NCBI GenBank assembly: GCA_046563655.1
Contig: JAJCTO010000009.1
Coordinates: forward strand, 868,001 to 932,000
Reading direction: 5' to 3'
Length of the DNA stretch: 64,000 bases
Source: Yuukianura sp. NJ FZ-2021
Taxonomy: Eukaryota
This document shows, one piece after another, positions 32,601 through 45,600 of this stretch (its first letter is position 1; every line of letters begins with the position of its first letter). The notes below the pieces were generated by a model. It was not told the origin of the DNA and searched no databases. It worked only from the letters and a program-made list of their open reading frames with translations. The translations under genes and the position numbers were made by a program.

Positions 32601-35600
32601 GGCTCTCGATACTGGTGTTTGCATTTAGAGCCCCATGATTTCACTACAGTAAATAGCTATCCCCCTAAGTTATCTGATGAAGGTTTCTCATCTTCGAGCC
32701 CTAACATTAGAGGCTTGGTAGGGTTGTGGGTATTGCTATAACTTCAATGTAACCTTTGCATGTATTGTTGGATATGATTTTAGTAAAGCATTTATTCCAA
32801 AGCAAATTGTGCTGATATTTGCCATCGTTACCAACTGGGAACAAATCCATCAAATATCCCATTGTCATTTTTGAAAAGTGCCTACTTTTGATATTAAGTT
32901 GCGTTGAGTTACTTAGCATACCTATTCGTAAGAAGTATTTATAATGTCAAGCAACTAATTAGTCTCATAGGCAAGATAGAGCTACATATTTGCAAAGCAT
33001 CCAGTAATGGGGCTCTCGATACTGGTGTTTACATTTAGAGCCCCATGATTTCACTACAGTAAATAGCTATCCCCCTAAGTTATCTGATGAAGGTTTCTCA
33101 TCTTGGAGCCCTAACATTAGAGGCTTGGTAGGGTTGTGGGTATTGCTATAACTTCAATGTAACCTTTGCATGTATTGTTGGATATGATTTTAGTAAAGCA
33201 TTTATTCCAAAGCAAATTGTGCTGATATTTGCCATCGTTACCAACTGGGAACAAATCCATCAAATATCCCATTGTCATTTTTGAAAACTGCCTACTTTTG
33301 ATATTAAGTTGCGTTGAGTTACTTAGCATACCTATTCGTAAGAAGTATTTATAATGTCAAGCAACTAATTAGTCTCATAGGCAAGATAGAGCTACATATT
33401 TGCAAAGCATCCAGTAATGGGGCTCTCGATACTGGTGTTTACATTTAGAGCCCCATGATTTCACTACAGTAAATAGCTATCCCCCTAAGTTATCTGATGA
33501 AGGTTTCTCATCTTCGAGCCCTAACATTAGAGGCTTGGTAGGGTTGTGGGTATTGCTATAACTTCAATGTAACCTTTGCATGTATTGTTGGATATGATTT
33601 TAGTAAAGCATTTATTCCAAAGCAAATTGTGCTGATATTTGCCATCGTTACCAACTGGGAACAAATCCATCAAATATCCCAAGGTGGGTAAACAATAATT
33701 AAAGCTACATCAGGTTGTCCAGTAACTGGAACTTTTAAAATTTGTTTGAACAAAAAATTTTGACTTTCCATGGTAATTTTTTGCATGTGATGCAAATGGG
33801 ATTGGTGCAGAATTGGTGCAGAAATTTGTTTGGAGTAAGATTTTTGGAAACCATGAGGTACTGGATAACCTCCTGTAGATTAATTGCAAATTGGTTGCTA
33901 TAGCAACCTTGAAATATCCCATTGTCATTTTTGAAAACTGCCTACTTTTGATATTAAGTTGCGTTGAGTTACTTAGCATACCTATTCGTAAGAAGTATTT
34001 ATAATGTCAAGCAACTAATTAGTCTCATAGGCAAGATAGAGCTACATATTTGCAAAGCATCCAGTAATGGGGCTCTCGATACTGGTGTTTACATTTAGAG
34101 CCCCATGATTTCACTACAGTAAATAGCTATCCCCCTTAAGTTATCTGATGAAGGTTTCTCATCTTCGAGCCCTAACATTAGAGGCTTGGTAGGGTTGTGG
34201 GTATTGCTATAACTTCAATGTAACCTTTGCATGTATTGTTGGATATGATTTTAGTAAAGCATTTATTCCAAAGCAAATTGTGCTGATATTTGCCATCGTT
34301 ACCAACTGGGAACAAATCCATCAAATATCCCATTGTCATTTTTGAAAAGTGCCTACTTTTGATATTAAGTTGCGTTGAGTTACTTAGCATACCTATTCGT
34401 AAGAAGTATTTATAATGTCAAGCAACTAATTAGTCTCATAGGCAAGATAGAGCTACATATTTGCAAAGCATCCAGTAATGGGGCTCTCGATACTGGTGTT
34501 TACATTTAGAGCCCCATGATTTCACTACAGTAAATAGCTATCCCCGCTAAGTTATCTGATGAAGGTTTCTCATCTTGGAGCCCTAACATTAGAGGCTTGG
34601 TAGGGTTGTGGGTATTGCTATAGCTTCAATGTAACCTTTGCATGTATTGTTGGATATGATTTTAGTAAAGCATTTATTCCAAAGCAAATTGTGCTGATAT
34701 ATGCCATCGTTACCAACTGGGAACAAATCCATCAAATATCCCATTGTCATTTTTGAAAACTGCCTACTTTTGATATTAAGTTGCGTTGAGTTACTTAGCA
34801 TACCTATTCGTAAGAAGTATTTATAATGTCAAGCAACTAATTAGTCTCATAGGCAAGATAGAGCTACATATTTGCAAAGCATCCAGTAATGGGGCTCTCG
34901 ATACTGGTGTTTACATTTAGAGCCCCATGATTTCACTACAGTAAATAGCTATCCCCCTAAGTTATCTGATGAAGGTTTCTCATCTTCGAGCCCTAACATT
35001 AGAGGCTTGGTAGGGTTGTGGGTATTGCTATAACTTCAATGTAACCTTTGCATGTATTGTTGGATATGATTTTAGTAAAGCATTTATTCCAAAGCAAATT
35101 GTGCTGATATTTGCCATCGTTACCAACTGGGAACAAATCCATCAAATATCCCATTGTCATTTTTGAAAAGTGCCTACTTTTGATATTAAGTTGCGTTGAG
35201 TTACTTAGCATACCTATTCGTAAGAAGTATTTATAATGTCAAGCAACTAATTAGTCTCATAGGCAAGATAGAGCTACATATTTGCAAAGCATCCAGTAAT
35301 GGGGCTCTCGATACTGGTGTTTACATTTAGAGCCCCATGATTTCACTACAGTAAATAGCTATCCCCCTTAAGTTATCTGATGAAGGTTTCTCATCTTGGA
35401 GCCCTAACATTAGAGGCTTGGTAGGGTTGTGGGTATTGCTATAGCTTCAATGTAACCTTTGCATGTATTGTTGGATATGATTTTAGTAAAGCATTTATTC
35501 CAAAGCAAATTGTGCTGATATATGCCATCGTTACCAACTGGGAACAAATCCATCAAATATCCCATTGTCATTTTTGAAAACTGCCTACTTTTGATATTAA

Positions 35601-38600
35601 GTTGCGTTGAGTTACTTAGCATACCTATTCGTAAGAAGTATTTATAATGTCAAGCAACTAATTAGTCTCATAGGCAAGATAGAGCTACATATTTGCAAAG
35701 CATCCAGTAATGGGGCTCTCGATACTGGTGTTTACATTTAGAGCCCCATGATTTCACTACAGTAAATAGCTATCCCCCTAAGTTATCTGATGAAGGTTTC
35801 TCATCTTGGAGCCCTAACATTAGAGGCTTGGTAGGGTTGTGGGTATTGCTATAACTTCAATGTAACCTTTGCATGTATTGTTGGATATGATTTTAGTAAA
35901 GCATTTATTCCAAAGCAAATTGTGCTGATATTTGCCATCGTTACCAACTGGGAACAAATCCATCAAATATCCCATTGTCATTTTTGAAAACTGCCTACTT
36001 TTGATATTAAGTTGCGTTGAGTTACTTAGCATACCTATTCGTAAGAAGTATTTATAATGTCAAGCAACTAATTAGTCTCATAGGCAAGATAGAGCTACAT
36101 ATTTGCAAAGCATCCAGTAATGGGGCTCTCGATACTGGTGTTTACATTTAGAGCCCCATGATTTCACTACAGTAAATAGCTATCCCCCTAAGTTATCTGA
36201 TGAAGGTTTCTCATCTTCGAGCCCTAACATTAGAGGCTTGGTAGGGTTGTGGGTATTGCTATAACTTCAATGTAACCTTTGCATGTATTGTTGGATATGA
36301 TTTTAGTAAAGCATTTATTCCAAAGCAAATTGTGCTGATATTTGCCATCGTTACCAACTGGGAACAAATCCATCAAATATCCCATTGTCATTTTTGAAAA
36401 CTGCCTACTTTTGATATTAAGTTGCGTTGAGTTACTTAGCATACCTATTCGTAAGAAGTATTTATAATGTCAAGCAACTAATTAGTCTCATAGGCAAGAT
36501 AGAGCTACATATTTGCAAAGCATCCAGTAATGGGGCTCTCGATACTGGTGTTTGCATTTAGAGCCCCATGATTTCACTACAGTAAATAGCTATCCCCCCT
36601 AAGTTATCTGATGAAGGTTTCTCATCTTCGAGCCCTAACATTAGAGGCTTGGTAGGGTTGTGGGTATTGCTATAACTTCAATGTAACCTTTGCATGTATT
36701 GTTGGATATGATTTTAGTAAAGCATTTATTCCAAAGCAAATTGTGCTGATATTTGCCATCGTTACCAACTGGGAACAAATCCATCAAATATCCCAAGGTG
36801 GGTAAACAATAATTAAAGCTACATCAGGTTGTCCAGTAACTGGAACTTTTAAAATTTGTTTGAACAAAAAATTTTGACTTTCCATGGTAATTTTTTGCAT
36901 GTGATGCAAATGGGATTGGTGCAGAATTGGCGCAGAAATTTGTTTGGAGTAAGATTTTTGGAAACCATGAGGTACTGGATAACCTCCTGTAGATTAATTG
37001 CAAATTGGTTGCTATAGCAACCTTGAAATATCCCATTGTCATTTTTGAAAACTGCCTACTTTTGATATTAAGTTGCGTTGAGTTACTTAGCATACCTATT
37101 CGTAAGAAGTATTTATAATGTCAAGCAACTAATTAGTCTCATAGGCAAGATAGAGCTACATATTTGCAAAGCATCCAGTAATGGGGCTCTCGATACTGGT
37201 GTTTACATTTAGAGCCCCATGATTTCACTACAGTAAATAGCTATCCCCCTAAGTTATCTGATGAAGGTTTCTCATCTTCGAGCCCTAACATTAGAGGCTT
37301 GGTAGGGTTGTGGGTATTGCTATAACTTCAATGTAACCTTTGCATGTATTGTTGGATATGATTTTAGTAAAGCATTTATTCCAAAGCAAATTGTGCTGAT
37401 ATTTGCCATCGTTACCAACTGGGAACAAATCCATCAAATATCCCATTGTCATTTTTGAAAAGTGCCTACTTTTGATATTAAGTTGCGTTGAGTTACTTAG
37501 CATACCTATTCGTAAGAAGTATTTATAATGTCAAGCAACTAATTAGTCTCATAGGCAAGATAGAGCTACATATTTGCAAAGCATCCAGTAATGGGGCTCT
37601 CGATACTGGTGTTTACATTTAGAGCCCCATGATTTCACTACAGTAAATAGCTATCCCCCTAAGTTATCTGATGAAGGTTTCTCATCTTGGAGCCCTAACA
37701 TTAGAGGCTTGGTAGGGTTGTGGGTATTGCTATAGCTTCAATGTAACCTTTGCATGTATTGTTGGATATGATTTTAGTAAAGCATTTATTCCAAAGCAAA
37801 TTGTGCTGATATATGCCATCGTTACCAACTGGGAACAAATCCATCAAATATCCCATTGTCATTTTTGAAAACTGCCTACTTTTGATATTAAGTTGCGTTG
37901 AGTTACTTAGCATACCTATTCGTAAGAAGTATTTATAATGTCAAGCAACTAATTAGTCTCATAGGCAAGATAGAGCTACATATTTGCAAAGCATCCAGTA
38001 ATGGGGCTCTCGATACTGGTGTTTACATTTAGAGCCCCATGATTTCACTACAGTAAATAGCTATCCCCCTAAGTTATCTGATGAAGGTTTCTCATCTTGG
38101 AGCCCTAACATTAGAGGCTTGGTAGGGTTGTGGGTATTGCTATAACTTCAATGTAACCTTTGCATGTATTGTTGGATATGATTTTAGTAAAGCATTTATT
38201 CCAAAGCAAATTGTGCTGATATTTGCCATCGTTACCAACTGGGAACAAATCCATCAAATATCCCATTGTCATTTTTGAAAACTGCCTACTTTTGATATTA
38301 AGTTGCGTTGAGTTACTTAGCATACCTATTCGTAAGAAGTATTTATAATGTCAAGCAACTAATTAGTCTCATAGGCAAGATAGAGCTACATATTTGCAAA
38401 GCATCCAGTAATGGGGCTCTCGATACTGGTGTTTACATTTAGAGCCCCATGATTTCACTACAGTAAATAGCTATCCCCCTTAAGTTATCTGATGAAGGTT
38501 TCTCATCTTCGAGCCCTAACATTAGAGGCTTGGTAGGGTTGTGGGTATTGCTATAACTTCAATGTAACCTTTGCATGTATTGTTGGATATGATTTTAGTA

Positions 38601-41600
38601 AAGCATTTATTCCAAAGCAAATTGTGCTGATATTTGCCATCGTTACCAACTGGGAACAAATCCATCAAATATCCCAAGGTGGGTAAACAATAATTAAAGC
38701 TACATCAGGTTGTCCAGTAACTGGAACTTTTAAAATTTGTTTGAACAAAAAATTTTGACTTTCCATGGTAATTTTTTGCATGTGATGCAAATGGGATTGG
38801 TGCAGAATTGGTGCAGAAATTTGTTTGGAGTAAGATTTTTGGAAACCATGAGGTACTGGATAACCTCCTGTAGATTAATTGCAAATTGGTTGCTATAGCA
38901 ACCTTGAAATATCCCATTGTCATTTTTGAAAACTGCCTACTTTTGATATTAAGTTGCGTTGAGTTACTTAGCATACCTATTCGTAAGAAGTATTTATAAT
39001 GTCAAGCAACTAATTAGTCTCATAGGCAAGATAGAGCTACATATTTGCAAAGCATCCAGTAATGGGGCTCTCGATACTGGTGTTTGCATTTAGAGCCCCA
39101 TGATTTCACTACAGTAAATAGCTATCCCCCTAAGTTATCTGATGAAGGTTTCTCATCTTCGAGCCCTAACATTAGAGGCTTGGTAGGGTTGTGGGTATTG
39201 CTATAACTTCAATGTAACCTTTGCATGTATTGTTGGATATGATTTTAGTAAAGCATTTATTCCAAAGCAAATTGTGCTGATATTTGCCATCGTTACCAAC
39301 TGGGAACAAATCCATCAAATATCCCATTGTCATTTTTGAAAAGTGCCTACTTTTGATATTAAGTTGCGTTGAGTTACTTAGCATACCTATTCGTAAGAAG
39401 TATTTATAATGTCAAGCAACTAATTAGTCTCATAGGCAAGATAGAGCTACATATTTGCAAAGCATCCAGTAATGGGGCTCTCGATACTGGTGTTTACATT
39501 TAGAGCCCCATGATTTCACTACAGTAAATAGCTATCCCCCTAAGTTATCTGATGAAGGTTTCTCATCTTGGAGCCCTAACATTAGAGGCTTGGTAGGGTT
39601 GTGGGTATTGCTATAGCTTCAATGTAACCTTTGCATGTATTGTTGGATATGATTTTAGTAAAGCATTTATTCCAAAGCAAATTGTGCTGATATTTGCCAT
39701 CGTTACCAACTGGGAACAAATCCATCAAATATCCCATTGTCATTTTTGAAAACTGCCTACTTTTGATATTAAGTTGCGTTGAGTTACTTAGCATACCTAT
39801 TCGTAAGAAGTATTTATAATGTCAAGCAACTAATTAGTCTCATAGGCAAGATAGAGCTACATATTTGCAAAGCATCCAGTAATGGGGCTCTCGATACTGG
39901 TGTTTACATTTAGAGCCCCATGATTTCACTACAGTAAATAGCTATCCCCCTAAGTTATCTGATGAAGGTTTCTCATCTTGGAGCCCTAACATTAGAGGCT
40001 TGGTAGGGTTGTGGGTATTGCTATAACTTCAATGTAACCTTTGCATGTATTGTTGGATATGATTTTAGTAAAGCATTTATTCCAAAGCAAATTGTGCTGA
40101 TATTTGCCATCGTTACCAACTGGGAACAAATTCATCAAATATCCCTTTGTCATTTTTGAAAACTGCCTACTTTTGATATTAAGTTGCGTTGAGTTACTTA
40201 GCATACCTATTTGTAAGAAGTATTTATAATGTCAAGCAACTAATTAGTCTCATAGGCAAGATAGAGCAACATATTTGCAAAGCATCCAGTAATGGGGCTC
40301 TCGATACTGGTGTTTACATTTAGAGCCCCATGATTTCACTACAGTAAATAGCTATCCCCCTAAGTTATCTGATGAAGGTTTTTCATCTTGGAGCCCTAAC
40401 ATTAGAGGCTTGGCAGAGTTGTGGGTGTTGCTATAACTTCAATGTAACCTTTGCATGTATTGTTGGCCACGATTTTAGTAAAACATTTATTCCAAAGCAA
40501 ATTGTGCTGATATTTGCCATCGTTACCAACTGGGAACAAATCCATCAAATATCCCTTTGTCATTTTTGAAAACTGCCTACTTTTGATATTAAGTTGCGTT
40601 GAGTTACTTAGCATACCTATTTGTAAGAAGTATTTATAATGTCAAGCAACTAATTAGTCTCATAGGCAAGATAGAGCTACATATTTGCAAAGCATGCAGT
40701 AATGGGGCTCTCGATACTGGTGTTTACATTTAGAGCCCCATGATTTCACTACAGTAAATAGCTATCCCCCCTAAGTTATCTGATGAAGGTTTCTCATCTT
40801 GGAGCCCTAACATTAGAGGCTTGGCAGAGTTGTGGGTGTTGCTATAACTTCAATGTAACCTTTGCATGTATTGTTGGCCACGATTTTAGTAAAACATTTA
40901 TTCCAAAGCAAATTGTGCTGATATTTGCCATCGTTACCAACTGGGAACAAATCCATCAAATATCCCTTTGTCATTTTTGAAAACTGCCTACTTTTGATAT
41001 TAAGTTGCGTTGAGTTACTTAGCATACCTATTCGTAAGAAGTATTTATAATGTCAAGCAACTAATTAGTCTCATAGGCAAGATAGACCTACATATTTGCA
41101 AAGCATCCAGTAATGGGGCTCTCGATACTGGTTTTTACATTTAGAGCCCCATGATTTCACTACAGTAAATAGCTATCCCCCCTAAGTTATCTGATGAAGG
41201 TTTCTCATCTTGGAGCCCTAACATTAGAGGCTTGGTAGGGTTGTGGGTATTGCTATAACTTCAATGTAACCTTTGCATGTATTGTTGGATATGATTTTAG
41301 TAAAGCATTTATTCCAAAGCAAATTGTGCTGATATTTGCCATCGTTACCAACTGGGAACAAATCCATCAAATATCCCATTGTCATTTTTGAAAACTGCCT
41401 ACTTTTGATATTAAGTTGCGTTGAGTTACTTAGCATATATATTTGTAAGAAGTATTTATAATGTCAAGCAACTAATTAGTCTCATAGGCAAGATAGAGCT
41501 ACATATTTGCAAAGCATCCAGTAATGGGGCTCTCGATACTGGTGTTTACATTTAGAGCCCCATGATTTCACTACAGTAAATAGCTATCCCCCCTAAGTTA

Positions 41601-42614
41601 TCTGATGAAGGTGTCTCATCTTGGAACCCTAACATTAGAGGCTTGGTAGGGTTGTGGGTATTGCTATAACTTCAATGTAACCTTTGCATGTATTGTTGGA
41701 TATGATTTTAGTAAAGCATTTATTCCAAAGCAAATTGTGCTGATATTTGCCATCGTTACCAACTGGGAACAAATCCATCAAATATCCCTTTGTCATTTTT
41801 GAAAACTGCCTACTTTTGGTATTAAGTTGCGTTGAGTTACTTAGCATATATATTTGTAAGAAGTATTTATAATGTCAAGCAACTAGTTAGTCTCATAGGC
41901 AAGATAGAGCTACATATTTGCAAAGCATCCAGTAATGGGGCTCTCGATACTGGTGTTTACATTTAGAGCCCCATGATTTCACTACAGTAAATAGCTATCC
42001 CCCCTAAGTTATCTGATGAAGGTTTCTCATCTTCGAGCCCTAACATTAGAGGCTTGGCAGAGTTGTGGGTGTTGCTATAACTTCAATGTAACCTTTGCAT
42101 GTATTGTTGGCCACGATTTTAGTAAAGCATTTATTCCAAAGCAAATTGTGCTGATATTTGCCATCGTTACCAACTGGGAACAAATCCATCAAATATCCCT
42201 TTGTCATTTTTGAAAAGTGCCTACTTTTGATATCGAGTTGTGTTGAGTTACTTAGCATACCTATTCGTAAGAAGTATTTATAATGTCAAGCAACTAATTA
42301 GTCTCATAGGCAAGATAGAGCTACATATTTGCAAAGCATAAAGTAATGGGGCTCTCGATACTGGTGTATAAATTTAGAGCCATATGATTTCACTACAGTA
42401 AATAGCTATCCGCCCTAAGTTATCTGATGAAGATTTTTCATCTTGGAGCGCTAACATTAGAGGCTTGGCAGAGTTGTGGGTATTGCTATAACTTCAATGT
42501 AACCTTTGCATGTATTGTTGGCCACGATTTTAGTAAAGCATTTATTCCAAAGCAAATTGTGCTGATATTTGCCATCGTTACCAACTGGGAACAAATCCAT
42601 CAAATATCCCTTTG
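29633..42614. repeat. 410-bp satellite, right part (about 29 monomers, five of them 650 bp because of a MITE)
   Basis: 410/411-bp periodicity, in register with the left part across the ATAT TSD. Confidence 0.97.
30739..30970. mobile_element. 232-bp MITE (hAT- or P-like) in a satellite monomer; same-site copies at 32210-32441, 33680-33911, 36794-37025 and 38675-38906
   Basis: Termini CAAGGT...ACCTTG; perfect 8-bp TSD AAATATCC on both sides; empty monomers have a single AAATATCC. Confidence 0.88.
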
Positions 42615-45600
42615 TAATGATTTGTTTTGAAACAAATTTTCATAAAAAAAAGTCACGAGATGAGGGACGACACAGCAAGTGAAAGTGGGTTCCTGTAGCC
42701 CTTTTTATGAGGATTTCAAAAATATAGTTGACTTTTATCCAGCATCGTTCTGGAATGCATTTCTTTTGAATTCTTGTTTCTGAAACATGAATTTTCATAA
42801 ATAAAGGTAACAAGATGAGAAACGACACAGCAAGTGACAGAGGGTTCCTGTAGCACTTTTTATGAGGATTTCAAAAATGTAATTTACTTTCTGTTCATTC
42901 TCACATTTGCATGTTCATTCTCACAAATTTAAGTTGTTTTGCGTCAAAATGGTGCTCGACATTACCCTGGGTGCCGTATTCCAACCCAAGATAAAATCTG
43001 AGGCAGAGCGGTTCATTCAGACTTTTAAGTACGCTCTAACCAGATTTAATTGCGATCTATCCACGCCAATTAAACTTGTGTTCCTGTAGTACTTTTCAGG
43101 AGGATTTCAGAAAAGTAACTCCTTTTCACCCGGCATCGCTCCGCATGGAGGTATTTTGAATGATTTGTTTTGAAACAAATTTTCATAAAACAAAGTCACG
43201 AGATGAGGGACGACACAGCAAGTGAAAGTGGGTTCCTGTAGCCCTTTTTATGAGGATTTCAAAAATATACTTGACTTTTACCCAGCATCGTTCAGGAATG
43301 CATTTCTTTTGAATTTTTTGTTTTGAAACATGAATTTTCATAAATAAAGGTAACAAGATGAGAAACGACACAGCAAGTGAAAGTGGGTTCCTGTAGCACT
43401 TTTTATGAGGATTTCAAAAATGTAATTTACTTTCTGTTCATTCTCACATTTGCATGTTCATTCTCACAAAATTTAAGTCGTTTTGCGTCAAAATGGTGCT
43501 CGACATTACCCTGGGTGCCGTATTCCAACCCAAGATAAAATCTGAGGCAGAGCGGTTCATTCAGACTTTTAAGTACGCTCTAACCAGATTTAATTGCGAT
43601 ATATCCACACCAATTAAACTTGGGTTCCTGTAGTACTTTTCAGGAGGTTTTCAGAAAAGTAACTCATTTTCACCAGGCATCGCTCCGCGTGGAGTTTTTT
43701 TGAATGATTTGTTTTGAAACAAATTTTCATTAAAAAAAGTCACGAGATGAGGGACGACACAGCAAGTGAAAGTGGGTTCCTGTAGCCCTTTTTATGAGGA
43801 TTTCAAAAATATACTTGACTTTTACCCAGCATCGTTCAGGAATGCATTTCTTTTGAATTCTTTGTTTTGAAACATGAATTTTCATAAATAAAGGTAACAA
43901 GATGAGAAACGACACAGCAAGTGAAAGTGGGTTCCTGTAGCACTTTTTATGAGGATTTCAAAAATGTAATTTACTTTCTGTTCATTCTCACATTTGCATG
44001 TTCATTCTCACAAAATTTAAGTCGTTTTGCGTCAAAATGGTGCTCGACGTTACCCTGGGTGCCGTATTCCAACCCAAGATAAAATCTGAGGCAGAGCGGT
44101 TCATTCAGACTTTTAAGTACGCTCTAACCAGATTTAATTGCGATTTATCCACACCAATTAAACTTGGGTTCCTGTAGTACTTTTCAGGAGGTTTTCAGAA
44201 AAGTAACTCATTTTCACCCGGCATCGCTCCGCGTGGAGTTTTTTTGAATGATTTGTTTTGATACAAATTTTCATAAAAAAAAGTCACGAGATGAGGGACG
44301 ACACAGCAAGTGAAAGTGGGTTCCTGTAGCCCTTTTTATGAGGATTTCAAAAATATAGTTGACTTTTATCCAGCATCGTTCTGGAATGCATTTCTTTTGA
44401 ATTCTTTTTTCTGAAACATGAATTTTCATAAATAAAGGTAACAAGATGAGAAACGACACAGCAAGTGACAGAGGGTTCCTGTAGCACTTTTTATGAGGAT
44501 TTCAAAAATGTAATTTACTTTCTGTTCATTCTCACATTTGCATGTTCATTCTCACAAATTTAAGTTGTTTTGCGTCAAAATGGTGCTCGACATTACCCTG
44601 GGTGCCGTATTCCAACCCAAGATAAAATCTGAGGCAGAGCGGTTCATTCAGACTTTTATGTACGCTCTAACCAGATTTAATTGCGATCTATCCACGCCAA
44701 TTAAACTTGTGTTCCTGTAGTACTTTTCAGGAGGATTTCAGAAAAGTAACTCCTTTTCACCCGGCATCGCTCCGCGTGGAGGTTTTTTGAATGATTTGTT
44801 TTGAAACAAATTTTCATAAAACAAAGTCACGAGATGAGGGACGACACAGCAAGTGAAAGTGGGTTCCTGTAGCCCTTTTTATGAGGATTTCAAAAATATA
44901 CTTGACTTTTACCCAGCATCGTTCAGGAATGCATTTCTTTTGAATTCTTTGTTTTGAAACATGAATTTTCATAAATAAAGGTAACAAGATGAGAAACGAC
45001 ACAGCAAGTGAAAGTGGGTTCCTGTAGCACTTTTTATGAGGATTTCAAAAATGTAATTTACTTTCTGTTCATTCTCACATTTGCATGTTCATTCTCACAA
45101 AATTTAAGTCGTTTTGCGTCAAAATGGTGCTCGACGTTACCCTGGGTGCCGTATTCCAACCCAAGATAAAATCTGAGGCAGAGCGGTTCATTCAGACTTT
45201 TAAGTACGCTCTAACCAGATTTAATTGCGATCTATCCACTCCAATTAAACTTGGGTTCCTGTAGTACTTTTCAGGAGGATTTCAGAAAAGTAACTCATTT
45301 TCACCTGGCATCGCTCCGCGTGGAGGTTTTTTCAATGATTTGTTTTGAAACAAATTTTCATAAAAAAAAGTCACGAGATGAGGGACGACACAGCAAGTGA
45401 AAGTGGGTTCCTGTAGCCCTTTTTATGAGTATTTCAAAAATATAGTTGACTTTTACCTAGCATCGTTCTGGAATGTATTTCTTTTGAATTCTTTGTTTTG
45501 AAACATGAATTTTCATAAATAAAGGTAACAAGATGAGAAACGACACAGCAAGTGAAAGTGGGTTCCTGTAGCACTTTTTATGAGGATTTCAAAAATGTAA

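Noticed and set aside
6047..42630. Recurrent 70/89-aa ORFs (MLSNSTQLNIK...) as a tandem gene family
   Set aside because: They are by-products of the 410-bp satellite, with no recognisable domain.
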